Below, piece after piece: positions 40,655 to 52,873 of a stretch of DNA of 64,000 bases. Each line of letters opens with the position of its first letter. Within the stretch, counting starts at the first letter, position 1. A model generated the notes under the pieces. The model worked only from the letters and a program-made list of their open reading frames with translations, searched no databases and was not told the DNA's origin. The translations under genes and the position numbers were made by a program. This stretch comes from Takakia lepidozioides (lineage: Eukaryota; Plantae; Bryophyta), in assembly GCA_030704615.1 (NCBI GenBank), contig CM060732.1, forward strand, positions 72,912,001 through 72,976,000, written 5' to 3'.

Positions 40655-43600
40655 TCATGGAATGGAAACATCCATGGCAGATGTGGGATGAGATGCGGAA
40701 AGAGAGAGTCATTGGATCTCTAAAGGAGCGATATGAGGAGTGGGGAGAGCCATACACGGAGGATCGGTTGGAGGCCAAGGTGGCCAAGGCTCTTGAAGAG
40801 GTTGAGGATGTTCCTTTTGCAAAGCATGTTCTCAAGGTGGCTATGGCGGAGCAAGTGGAGTTTACGCCACAGTCAGGGTGGGCGGACAAGGCCCAAGAGG
40901 TTGCTATCTAGCAATCAACGGATGCATCTCCTACCTCCAAGCCTGGTGTTCCCAAGGTTGCAGGGACAATTGGGAACCAGATGTTGGACCTACAGTCACC
41001 GGAGGAGAGAGACAGAGGATCCGGCGATTTCTAAAGGCTTATAGAAATTACTTTGCCTTTGGTTTGAAGGATTTGGGGAGTTTGAAGGGCCTGGTGATTC
41101 GTATTGATTTGGCAAGTGACACGCCAATTTTTCGAAGGCCCTACAAGTATAGTGACAAGGAGAGGTCATTGATCCAGTCACGGACTATGGAGTTGTTCGA
41201 AGCTGGATTGGTGGAGTTGTCAGGCGGGGAGTATGCCTCAGCAACGGTGATACTAGCTAAGAAGGATATCTATGGCAATTGGACAGAAAGAAGGATGTGT
41301 GGGGACTATCATCCTGTGAACCGTCAGACTAAGTCCGATAGATATGTCATGCCAACTCCAGAGGAAATCTTTGATGTCATTGGGCATGCGAAGGTATTTA
41401 GCACATTGGACTTACGATCGGGTTATCACCAGTTGCCAATCAAAGAGGCTGACAAGCAAAAGACGGTATTCTGGGGGATTGATCAGCATGGGAAAGATTG
41501 TTTGTACCAATGGCGCTTCCTATCATTTGGGTTGAAGAACGCTTCTGCAGAGTTTCAGAGGGTCATGGATAGGATTCTTGCAGGGCTAGACTTCGTCCAG
41601 TGCTACATTGATGACATCATCATCTTTAGTGCCACGGTTGAGGAGCATACGAGACATCTTCAAGTGGTGGTGTTTGAGCGCTTGAGGGCGCATGGATTGA
41701 AACTGCACCCTGGAAAGTACAAATTCTTCCACGATCAGATTGAGTATCTGGGCCACATGATATACCTTGGAGGATTGGGTGTTCAACAGACAAAGGTGGA
41801 GGCCATTGCACACATTCCACATCCCATAGATGTAAGCAGAGTTCGTGCTTTCATAGGGTTGGAAAACTACTATCGTCGGTTTGTCAAGGGATTTAGCAAC
41901 ATTGCAAAGGCTCTTATCAAGTTGACGAAGGTGGGTCAGGAGTGACAGTGGGAGGAGGAGCAAGAGGAAGCCTTTGAGGAACTCAAGGCTCGATTGACTT
42001 CTGCGCCTATTCTGAGGCGGCCTATTTGGGGGTGGTCTTTCCAGCTACATACGGATTGGAGTATGCTGGGGATTGGAGCAGTGCTCACATAGGTGGATAA
42101 TGAGGGAAGAGAGTTTGTAGTGGCATATGTTAGCCGCTCGAACAATGATACTGAGGTGAAGTATAGCTCATATGAAGAAGAGTGTCTAGCTGCAGTATGG
42201 GCAGTGACACATTTCAGATGCTATCTCTATGGCAATATCTTCACCTTTGTCATGGATCACCAACCATTGAAGTGGTTGATGGAGTCAGACAAGCTTACAG
42301 GAAAGCTTGCACGGTGGGCACTTATGCTTCAAAAATACGACTTCCAGGTGGTGCATCGAACCAGAATAGTAAACCGGGATGCGGATGGATTGAATCGCAA
42401 TCCATGCACAAGTGAACTTGATGATACAGGAGCTCTTTGGCATGGTGAGACGGACGAGGAGATGGTGCCAGGATGGCACGCATCTGCCTTTTTATGCATT
42501 CTAGCAATGGGAGCTCAAGCTGGTCCATCCCATGTGATTGGTCATAGAGATAGTGTGCATGACGATCCAGAGATCAGTAAGGAGGTTGGTGGTGCTAAGG
42601 ATGTGCTTGAAGATGCAGCAGTGTTGGCCTACCTTCGTACTGGAGAGACAACAGTTAGTGTGACTGCTAAGAAGAAAGATCGGATCCTACAACGAGCCAA
42701 GAGGTTCAAGTGGGAGAGGACTCACCTACTCCCGAGTATGGGAGGATGGACGAGTGAGGATTGTGCCTCATCCAACACAACGAGCGCGATTGGTACGTCA
42801 TGCCCATGAGAAGTTGGGACATTTTGGGGTGCGATGCACTCATAGTTTGCTGCAAGAACAGTACTGGTGGCGAGGCATGCATACAGATGTGCAACAGTTA
42901 GTGGCAAGGTGCATGGTATGTGATAGAGTGCGGGCTTCTTTCAATGCCCCTACTCCACAATTGCATCATTTACGGGTTTGGGCTATCATTGGAGCATTGA
43001 CTTCGCAGGCCCATGGTCACTAACGATTTGTCATAACAAGTATGTGCTGGTGATGGTGGAACATTTCTCCAAATGGATTGAACTGGTGGCATTGCCTGAC
43101 AAGACAAGTGATGGGGCTGCATATGCATTCTTAGATCGAGTGCTTAGCCAATTTGGTGCTCCAGCCGAGGTACCCACGGACCAGGGGAGAAAGTTCTTGG
43201 GGGAGTTTCAGGCTTTGTGTGAGCAAGCCTTGATAAATCACTGCACTACTTCTCGGGATCATCCCGAGGCTGATGGCTTGGCGGAGAAAGTTGTTCAGAC
43301 AGTCAAGAGAGGCTTGCATAAGTATGGCTTGCAGAAGGGACACGTAGGGGATTGGGACCTTCAGCTACCTTGGTTGGCTATGGGCTACAGGTTTAGCAAA
43401 CAAGCATCGCTTGCCTCATTCTCACCTTACTTTCTTCTCTTCGGCCGAAAGCCAGATTTGTCTGCATCTATTCGCAGGGAGGCTGCAGTAGTCCTCAACC
43501 TTGATGATCCGAATGTGTAGACACAAGCATGTGCACAGCGGGCAGAATTGTTCAAGAGAGTCATGCCTATGGCTTTTGAGAACCTTGCTATTGCCCAACA

Positions 43601-44298
43601 CCGAGACACATTAAGGTATGTCACTATACGTAGAGGCGGATATCGACCTGGTGTTTGGAGATTCAATCCTGGGGACTATGTGTATCTGCAGCAGACAGCA
43701 CCTACGACCTTGGATGTCACAATAGGACGTGTGATTCTAAGGGTCAAGGAGGTGTTGTCTTCAGGAGTGTTGATTCTTGAAGGTCGAGATGGCATGGTGT
43801 GGAAGGATCATGTGCGCAATTGTGCGCCATGTCACCTCCCACATGTGGATGAGATGATAGATCCCAACCTTGCAGTGGTACCTGCAGGGTTGCGTTGCAT
43901 GCTATGTGGGCATGCTGGTGGTGCCGTCACCATACTGGTGTGTGATAAATGCTCAAGGGGGTGGCATATGGGATGCTTGACACCGCCACTTGAGGAGGTT
44001 CCTAGCGGAGAATGGTTGTGTCCACGATGCCTTGGACAAAGATAGTGGACATGACAATGGTGAGGTTCACAAGGACCCAAGGTCTAGTAGTGGAGGTTCA
44101 ACGCCATGGATTCCCCAGTGAAAGCCATGGATTGCAGGAAGGCGACTAACGATGGGGCTACTTTTGCACCCGGCCTCTTAATCTATCGACTTCGGATACT
44201 GGGGATTTGTGCGATTGAAGACCAAGCAGTGATCTTATTAGGTTGGATACTTGTCAGCTATCTAGTGTTAGAAGGATCTAATCACCAGCTAGGGGGGC
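40655..44298 (+). mobile_element. Element 1: 5'-truncated Ty3/Gypsy pol (RT, RNase H, integrase, PHD) and PPT
   Basis: RT (LDLRSGYHQ, YIDD), RNase H (TDWS, DHQPL), integrase HHCC and D,D,E, C-terminal C4HC3 PHD; PPT AGGGGGGC at 44291-44298 continues as GAT-TG after 55965. Confidence 0.9.
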
Positions 44299-44476
44299 TG
44301 TCGTGCGCATACATATCGCTACATAACTACATCGCTGTTCAAAACCACACAACACATGTGCACGCCACACACTAGTATATCACTAGTCCACCACTAGTCC
44401 AACCACTAGGCTACAACTAGTCAGTCACTAGGCTGCCACTATGCTGCCCACTATGGCAGTCACTAGTCCACACAAT
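44299..44476 (-). repeat. Terminal repeat B2
   Basis: Near-identical direct copy of 44805-44994. Confidence 0.9.
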
Positions 44477-44802
44477 GATAAAGAAGAAGAATACAAGCAC
44501 AAGTTCATGCGAGCTCACAAAGCTGAAGCATAAACTCATGCATATATAACCTCATCACTCAAATACAAGTCAAGCCAAGTGCACCCCACGCCATGGGGAA
44601 TCCACACTACGGCGCCATAGCTAAGCGCAGTGAGGCTCAACTCGATAAAGATGAGCCTCCCGCGCTTGCCGTGAAGATAACCACTCTAGGGCCTAAATCT
44701 GCCTTGACCCCTGGATTGACACTTGGGCCAATCCCAAATATCAATATGTAAAAGCTAGCTATTTCCTAGCTAGTTTCACACTAGTGGTAAAATAACTTGA
44801 CA
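44476..44802 (-). repeat. Repeat A2
   Basis: Near-identical direct copy of 55688-55961 (A1 lacks about 50 bp). Confidence 0.9.
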
Positions 44803-44804
44803 GC

Positions 44805-44994
44805 TGTCGTGCGCATACATATCGCTACACAACTACATCGCTGTCCAAAACCACACAACACATGTGCACATCACACACTAGTATACCACTACTCCACCAC
44901 TAGTCCAGCCACTAGTCCAACCACTAGGCTACAACTAATCAGTCACTAGGCTGCCACTATGCTGCCCACTATGGCAGTCACTAGTCCACACAAT
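44805..44994 (-). repeat. Repeat B1, immediately after the PPT
   Basis: Minus strand reads AGGGGGACGAT-TGTGTGG...CGACA-GC-TGTCAAG. Confidence 0.9.
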
Positions 44995-45003
44995 CGTCCC
45001 CCT
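44993..45003 (-). promoter_or_regulatory. Polypurine tract of element 2
   Basis: AGGGGGACGAT preceded by CACCAGCT, the same context as in element 1. Confidence 0.7.
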
Positions 45004-45233
45004 AGCTGGTGCTTAGGTCCCTCTAAGTCCAGGTAGCCACAAGATGTGATAGTGACCATAGCCTCATTAAGTCCTCCACCACTATCCCTACTACACTCAA
45101 ACTCGATAGATCAAGAGGCCGAGTGCAAGAGTTGCCCCATCGTTAGTCGCCATCTTGCAACCTGTGAACTTGAGCTTGGGATCTCATGTATTGACTCATA
45201 TGAGCTTGGCCTCCCATGTCTTGTTAGCTGCCT

Positions 45234-45596
45234 CCAACATGTTCGCAGAAGCATCTGCCCGGCTTCATTGAGAAGGCCGACGAACTTCGAGCCGCCGGCG
45301 TCGACACCCTCGCATGCATCGCTGTGAATGATGTCTTTGTGTTGAGGGCGTTTGGGGAAAGTGTGGGAGCAGGTGACAAGGTCCTGCTGTTGTCGGATGG
45401 TTTGGCAAATTTTACAAAGGCACTGGGTGTGACTGTTGATCTCAGTGACAAGCCTGTTGGGTTGGGGGTTCGATCACGCCGGTATGCACTTTTAGCTGAA
45501 AATGGAGTTGTGAAGATCTTGAATCTCGAGGAAGGCGGCGCATTCACCATCAGTAGCGTGGAGGAGATTTTGAAGGCTCTCAAGGCAGTTGTCTAG
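45234..45596 (+). pseudogene. Captured 5'-truncated type II peroxiredoxin (PrxIIE-like), antisense inside element 2
   Basis: [49 protein letters not shown]; open and intronless but lacks the N-terminus. Confidence 0.9.
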
Positions 45597-45689
45597 GCAA
45601 GAACAAGTCCCTTTTGGGAACACTGGATGCACAAGTCTTTAGGACACGCTCGCTTAGCCTGCACTAAAGAAGATCATGTCCACTGCCAC

Positions 45690-46950
45690 TATCCCAAGCA
45701 GTGTGGACACAACCAATCTCCGTCAGGAACCTTATCAAGAGGTGGTGTCAAGCATCTCATATGTCAACCCCTTGAGCATCGATCACACACCAGCATGGTG
45801 GCTGCCCCTTTGGCTGACCCACAGAGCATGCACCTCAAACCTGCAGGTACCACTGCCAAGTTTGGGTCAACTCTGCCATCGACATTGGGAAGGTGACATG
45901 GCGCACAATTACGCACATGGTCCTTCCAAGTCATGCCATCCCGACCCTCCAAGATCAGGATCCCTGAGGGCAACACCTCTCGAACCCTCAGAATAACACG
46001 CCATGCAGTAACATCCAGAGTCGTAGGAGCAGTCTGCTGCAAATAAGCATAGTCACCAGGGCTAAACCTCCGAACCTCAGGACGATATCCTCCACCACGT
46101 ATAGTGGCATACCTCAACGTATCACGGTGTTGTGCAATGGCAAGGTTCTCAAAGCATGGGCATGACTTTCTTAAACAACTCTGCACGCTGATCACATACA
46201 CGTACCCACACGTCCGGATCGTCAAGGTTAAGGACTTGAGCAGTGTCCCTACGAATGGCTGCAGGCAAATCCGGCTCTTGGCCAAAGAGAAGGAAATATG
46301 GTGAGAATGAGGCAAATGATGCTTGTTTGCTGAACCTGTAGCCCATGGCTAACCAAAGAACCTGAAGATCCCAATCTCCTAGGTGTCCCTTCTGCAAGCC
46401 ATACTTGCGCAAACCCCTCTTCACCGTCTGAACAACTCTCTCTGCCAAGCCATCGGCCTCAGGATGATCCCGAGAAGTGGTGCGGTGGTCTATCAAGGCT
46501 TTATCACACAAAGCCTGAAACTCCCCCAAGAACTCTCTCCCTTGGTCCGTGAGTATCTCAGCTGGAGCACCAATCGGCTAAGCACACGATCCAAGAATGC
46601 ATACGCAGCCCCCTCACTAGCCTTGTCAGGCAATGGAACCAACTCAATCCACTTGGAGAAGTGCATATCTGTGGTGGCACATAGTCAGTGGCAATGGTCC
46701 TGCGAAGTCAAGACTCCACCTGTAGCCCAATCCCATGATTGGTAAAGGATGCAACTGTGGTGTAGGGGCGTTGAATGAAGCACGCACCCTGTCACACACC
46801 ATGCACCTAGCCACGAACTGTTGCACCTCTGTATGCATACCACGCCACCAATACTGCCCCTGCAGTAAACTGTGAGTGCGTCACATTCCAAAATGCCCCA
46901 ATTCCTCATGGGCATGCCACACTAACCGTGCACGCTGTGTGGGGTGAGGC
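45690..46950 (-). pseudogene. Integrase (HHCC, DDE) plus C-terminal PHD finger of element 2
   Basis: CMVC, WSLDFAGP, DGLAERVV, CMLC..CDRC..HMRC..WLCPHC; frameshifts and stops present. Confidence 0.9.
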
Positions 46951-47169
46951 ACAATCCTCACCTGACCATCCTCCCACACTCAAAGTAGGTGTATCCCCTC
47001 CCACTTGAACCTCTTGGCTCGTTGCAGGATCCGATCCCTCTCCCTGGCAGTCACAGTGGCTGCGTGTCTCCCGTGCGAAGGTAGTCCAACACAGCCGAAT
47101 CCTCATGTATATCTGTGGCACCACGTGGCTCATCACTAGCCTCAGGGTCCTCAGACACTCCATCTACAA

Positions 47170-48600
47170 TCATCCCGGCACCATCTCCTCGTCCGTCTCA
47201 CCATGCCACCGAGCTCCAGTGTCATCCTGCTGGCTCGTGCATGGATTGCGACTCAATCCATCCGCATCCCGATTGACCAAACCCGGTCGATGCACAACCT
47301 GAAAGTCATACTCCGGGAATATGAGTGCCCACCGTGCAAGCTTCCCCGTAAGCTTGTCTGACTCCATCAACCACTTGAGTGGCTGGTGATCCGTGACAAG
47401 GGTGAAAAGATTGTCGTATAGATAGCACCTGAAGTGTGCCACGGCCCACACTGCAGCTAAGCACTCTCCCTCATATGAGCTGTACTTAGCCTCTGCAGCG
47501 TTGTTCGAGCGGCTAGTATAAGCCATTACGAACTCTCTTCCCTCATCATCTACTTGTGTGAGCACCGCTCCAAGCCCCAGCATGCTCCAATCCGTATGCA
47601 GCTGAAAGCGACGCCCCCTGATAGGTTGTCTCAGGATAGGCGCTGAGGTCAACCTCGCCTTGAGTTCTTGAAAAGCTCGTTCCTACTTATCTTCCCACTG
47701 CCACTTCTGGTCCACCTTGGTCAGCTTGGTTAGAGCCTTTGCAATGGCACTAAATCCCTTGACAAACCGTCTATAATAGTTTGCCAACCCCATGAAAACT
47801 CGAACTCGGCTCACATCCGTGGGGCGTGGAATTTGTGCAATGGCCTCTACCTTAGTCTGTTGTACCCCCAATCCTCCAGGATATATCATGTGACCCAGAT
47901 ACTCAATCTGGTTGTGGAAAAACTTGCACTTCCCCGGATGCAACTTCAATCCGTGCGCTCTCAAGCGCTCCAATACCACCTGAAGGTGTCTCTCATGCTC
48001 CTCCACCGTAACATTAAAGATGATGATGTCATCTATGTAGTACCAAGCAAAGTCCACCCCTGCTAGAATCCTATCCATGACTCTCTGAAACTCTGCAGGA
48101 GCATTCTTAAGCCCAAATGGTAAGAACCGCCACTAATATAGGCAATCATTGCCGTGCTCATTGATCCCCCAGAATGTCGTCTTCTGCTTGTCTGCCTCCT
48201 TGATCGGCAACTGGTGATATCCGGATCGTAAATCCAAAGTGCTAAAGACCTTAGCATGCCCGATGGCATCAAAGATCTCCTCTGGTGTTGGCATGGCATA
48301 CTTATCAGACTTGGTCTGACGATTTACAGGCCGGTAATCACCGCACATACGTCTCTCCGTCCAATTGCCATAGACATCCTTCTTGGCTGGCATCACTGTG
48401 GCTGAAGCATACTCTCCACCAGAGAGCTCCAGCAAACTTGTCTCCCAGAGATCTTGAGTCCTCATCTGGATCAAAGACATCTCCATGTCACTGTATCTAT
48501 AGGGTCTCCGAAAGATTGGCGTGTCAGTGGCCAACTCAATACGGATCTCTTGACCCTTCAGTGCTCCCAAGTCCTTCAAACTGAAGGCAAAGCAATTCAT
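47170..48600 (-). pseudogene. Reverse transcriptase and RNase H of element 2
   Basis: LDLRSGYHQ, YYIDD, HTDWS, TDHQPL; three ORFs in one frame split by TAG stops. Confidence 0.95.
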
Positions 48601-48798
48601 GTAAGCCCTCAGGAACCGCCGTATACGTCATCTTTCTCCTCCGGTGACAATGGGTCCAATGTCAGGCTCCCAATTGTCCTCCGTAACTGCAACCTTAAGT
48701 CCAGTGGGCTTAGAGGTAGAGGACGCGTCCAGTGGTTGCTATGTTGCAACCTCTTGAGTAGTACTCCCTACCTGCTCAGTCAGTGACAAGGCCTCATC

Positions 48799-50115
48799 CT
48801 ACCCCATCATCTCATCCTCAAGGACTTCCTCCACCCGAGAAAAATCCCCAACCTCATCCATCACCGCCACCTTGGCTGCCAACTCCCTCTGAACCTCGAA
48901 CACCTCCCACGTGTGCCATGGATGCCTGCACCCCGTGGTCCTCACATGCTCGCCCCCACTCACTGCCTGTACCATCTCGGTAGGCAGAGAGACCATCGAG
49001 GGAAGTGTACTCCGCACTCTGTGTTGCTCAGCCATAGCCAAGCTGATAATCCAGATCAAGCAATTGAGATCCATTGCTTGCCCCAACACCTGACGATGTG
49101 ATGCCTCAGAAAGAGACGACACCGCCGTGGTACTAGTGGTAAAACCCATTGCCCGCTCATGCTCGTCGGCATTAGGCTCCACTAACTGCTGCAACTGAGC
49201 ATCCCACAGGAGGCCAGGTCCACTATCCCGGAAAGCATGCGATCCTGGGAAGCTAAGCAGTGTAGGTAATGCTACTCGTGGTTGACCCACCTTGTTGACC
49301 ACTGCCAAAGGCGAACGGTCATCGTGTCTCACACGCTGAGACTGCCTCCTTGTGTCCAGAATGTTATCCACTGTGAAATGTATTGGGCGCTGCACCCCAT
49401 CAAATGCACGCTTGAGCAGTGCGGGTGGCATCAAGTTAGTCCACCATAGCCGTGGACAATGAGCCCGTGACCCCACTGTAGCTGCATCTAGCAACACTGC
49501 TGACCCAAGCCACGACCGGACTTGATGCACACTGGCCATCACCCTGGCCCGAGAATCACCCATCAGTGGCACATTCTCCAAGATGCATGTTGGAGATACA
49601 GCTTGATGAAACTGCAAGTGGCGCAAAACCCGCACCATCTCCCAAAACAGACCCGTCCTCGAGTCTCGCAATCCATTGCCATGCCCGGCTGATGAATGCC
49701 CTTGGCAAGGCCAACCTGCCATTACCAGATCAATGGAGCCAACCCATTCCTGATCATGCGCCCCCAGCAACGAAATGTCTGCTGGCAAGGCCTGCTGATA
49801 TCCACGAACTGCAGACACCCACAACAACTCAGGGTACCGCTGCACCAACTGAGCAACATGGCAAAGTGAAACGCGTCGTGCAGTCTCATCCCTCTCCACA
49901 TACAGGTAACGCCGAACTCGTACACCTGCCTGTAACACAGCAGCCAATCCCATGCTGATCCCGCCAAACAAGTCCAGAAGACAAATGCCTTCATCGGGAT
50001 ATTGCCACACAATAGGTGTGGTGTTCACTGGAGACAACTGAGGTGGTCCTGGTGCAATCCCCGCACTCTCCTCCTCTTCTGACGATACAAAAGCCTTAAC
50101 CCAGGCTTGTTGCAC
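48799..50115 (-). CDS. DNMT3-like C5 cytosine DNA methyltransferase domain within retrotransposon Pol
   Basis: Motif I LLDLFGGISMG, II YVERD, IV DLVMAGWPCQG, VI ILENV, VIII AHCPRLWW, IX ERAMGF, X RQVLGQAM; same frame as the protease (50134-51210) and RT (48133-48600) ORFs. Confidence 0.92.
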   Translation of the reverse strand: MQQAWVKAFVSSEEEESAGIAPGPPQLSPVNTTPIVWQYPDEGICLLDLFGGISMGLAAVLQAGVRVRRYLYVERDETARRVSLCHVAQLVQRYPELLWVSAVRGYQQALPADISLLGAHDQEWVGSIDLVMAGWPCQGHSSAGHGNGLRDSRTGLFWEMVRVLRHLQFHQAVSPTCILENVPLMGDSRARVMASVHQVRSWLGSAVLLDAATVGSRAHCPRLWWTNLMPPALLKRAFDGVQRPIHFTVDNILDTRRQSQRVRHDDRSPLAVVNKVGQPRVALPTLLSFPGSHAFRDSGPGLLWDAQLQQLVEPNADEHERAMGFTTSTTAVSSLSEASHRQVLGQAMDLNCLIWIISLAMAEQHRVRSTLPSMVSLPTEMVQAVSGGEHVRTTGCRHPWHTWEVFEVQRELAAKVAVMDEVGDFSRVEEVLEDEMMG

Positions 50116-50133
50116 CTGTCGATCAGCATCCCG

Positions 50134-51210
50134 CTACAAATCCTTACTCGTGCCCCACAATGGAGTCTGAACAACCATGGTAGGCAACTCCGCCATACCA
50201 TACATGTCATCCTGCTCTCCCGGAGATGGCACATCCTCTGAATGAGCGTTGCCCTCAAGCAACTCTCCAGGCCAACCCACTGCCGCTGTGAATGCTGCTA
50301 GTGTCGGCATTTTGCCTCGTTGGGCAACCGCAACTCCTCCTATGAACGTCACAGGGAGCTGCACACGCCGGCCCTCCTCTGACTGCCATGCAGGCCTATA
50401 GGAAGTTGGCTCCTCCCAAAAATCCAGGGTGAAGCCCATGGGGTACAACACTGCCCCACCAACCAGGACATCGTATGAGACTGCGTCTGTCACAATGGCC
50501 TTGGCTCGCATCACTGAGCCATTTGTAGGGTGATCCGGCCGTAGTCTGATAACCAACTCACGCTGTGTCATGCCTCGAGCCTGCTCCGATCCTCCCAGAG
50601 ACGTCTGTATCTGGAAAGGACAAGGCTCCATATCCGCCTCCGTGAGGCCCAAGTCTGCAATAGCAGCTCTGCCCAACATCAATGGCTGAGCTCCCAAGTC
50701 CAACAAGACCCGCAATGGCCGGTACCTCTTGTCTGTCGGTCCCCTCAAACAGAAAATGTCATCCTGGTTGTCTAACATGACAACTCCAGGTGTTACCATG
50801 GTGCGCTCAATGGCTGGCCTAGCTGGCAACTCCATCAACCTGGCAGCTGCAGCTTGCCATGGCGCCGCCGTGGCAGTCTTGACCCTCAAATCCGAGGATC
50901 CCTCCGGCACTATACCTCCCACTATCTCCGCAGAAGATGAGGTAACCTCCTCACTCTCACAGAGTGTAGCTGCCAGCCTGAACACCTCAGCTGGTCTTAC
51001 CCCCGGCGTCACAACCATGGTAGCCGAGACCAATGGAGCCTGGCACATAGATGTGGCCAATCCTAGCAGCACACTAGCTGCCGTAGCCTTGGCAACACTA
51101 GATAGTGGTGCTACCCGTGTAGCTCTTCCCAATGGCATAGTAACCTCCGCCTCGGTAACAGTCGGGCGAGAACTAGGTGCCATGGATGACGACGACACTA
51201 TCTCCGCCAA
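50134..51210 (-). pseudogene. Retropepsin-like aspartic protease region of element 2
   Basis: VLLDLGAQ (degenerate DSG) and YDVLVGG motifs. Confidence 0.75.
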
Positions 51211-51299
51211 TGTGAATGACTGAGGAAGCCTAGCCTAATGGCTTGCTTCCCCACGCTGTGGATCCAACTCCACCTCTGCACCTCGTGGCTCAGGAACTC

Positions 51300-52873
51300 G
51301 CTGCTTCTCGAGTCACGGCTGCAGCAAACTCCACCTACACTAGTGGTAGTGCTGCTCCGCACATGAATCCCATGTCTCCCATATCTCCTCCCTCAGGAGC
51401 TGGAGGTGGACCATCTGGCCTTGGAGCCAGTACCACCTGAGCTGTAGCCATGGCAGCGAGCCTCTGCTCTAGCTGTTGAAGCCGGTTGGCCATGCCTTGG
51501 TCAACACCCTGACCTCCGCGTCCTTGGCCATGTTGAGCTTGCCCTTGGCCTGCACCTCGTGCCTGGCCACCTCGTCCTCTCTGGGCTGCTCCACCTCACC
51601 CCCGGCCACCATTGTTCCCTTGGAACTGGCCTGGGCGCAACTCAGGATGCAAACCATAACACTGGGCCTCTCCATGCCCGTGCTTGCCACAATGCCCACA
51701 CTGCAACTGTGCAGGCTGTGCATGTGTCGGCCCTTTGCCTCCATCTGGGCAATCCTTCTTGACATGGGGTCCTTCACATGTCCAGCATACCACATCCGCC
51801 CGTTGTTGGCCAGCAAATAAAGGGAGAGACCCCTGCATCTGAGGTTCGCTCTGCCCTTCCCTGAGCTTCACCTGAGCCCCTTTGTTGCCTTGAGCACGTT
51901 GAGGTAGTGGTTGGCTAGGAGCACCACTACCCCGTGGTGTCTCCTTAGCAAATCCCACCATGACCACTCGTTCCTCTACCATGTTGAGCTCTATCCGCTC
52001 TGCCAGCAAAAACACATTTGTTAAGGTGGGTTGGGCCGCTTGTAGGAGAGTTGCATCCCGCACCCTTCTCCTCAGCTCCTTGTCCAATATCCCATATCAG
52101 AATTGGACTGCCTGAGCTTCCGTAACCCCTTGGGTTACATTTATCAAGCGCCTCATGCGAGTGAAAGCCTCCCTCAAGCTCTCAGTAAGCTTCCGTTGGA
52201 ACTCTTGCAAGCTCCGCAACTTTTTTGTCCTCACCTCTTGGTAGTTCCCTCTCAATTCTTCGAAGAACTCCACAACAGGGTTGAAGGCAGGCACGGGTAC
52301 TGGTGCTGGTGCAGTAGTGGCTTGGGTGGACGTCGTAGCTACGGTACCACCAGTCCTACTAGTCCCACTGCTGTTTGCTGAAGCTGCCGGTGCAGCGGCA
52401 GGTGTAGCCACTGCCCTCGTGACTCTAGTGCCCCTAGTGATGGAGACATAGTCGGGTGACCAGTACATCCTCCACTCCTTGATCTCAACCTCATGCCCCC
52501 ACCTGAACTCATGGTAATCATCCATAGGCGGCCCCTCAAGGTGCTGAAACAGCCCCTTCCATGCCATGAAAGGCGTAAATAGTTGTGGATTGCGCATTTG
52601 CTACAAAACACACCAACTATCAAACTCTTCGATAAAATCATCCAACTCGATGGTGCCCACCGCCCCAGAGTACCTTCGTGGCCCCTTGGTAGCTCCATAC
52701 ATCTCCTCCATTGTGTCCCACAACAATGGCAAGGAAACAACTTGCACTGCCGGTATGAGTCCTCCTAATTCACAATCCGAATCAGAACCTTCCGTAGAAG
52801 ACACAGGAGGTGAAGGTGGCCTAAACCGCACACCTTGTCTCGTGTACCCACTAGTATCGCTACGAACCGGCAT
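51300..52873 (-). pseudogene. gag of element 2 with two CCHC zinc knuckles
   Basis: ORFs 52601-52885, 52097-52597 and 51596-52087 share one frame; CWTCEGPHVKKDC and CGHCGKHGHGEAQC; probable ATG at 52873. Confidence 0.85.

Noticed and set aside
45324-45596. Functional peroxiredoxin gene
   Set aside because: The N-terminus is missing, there is an in-frame TAG at 45225, and it is embedded in the element.
48799-50115. Bacterial restriction-modification gene or contamination, or a free-standing host DNMT3/DRM
   Set aside because: It is in frame with the retroelement protease and RT, inside TSD-bounded termini, intronless and without a nuclease partner.
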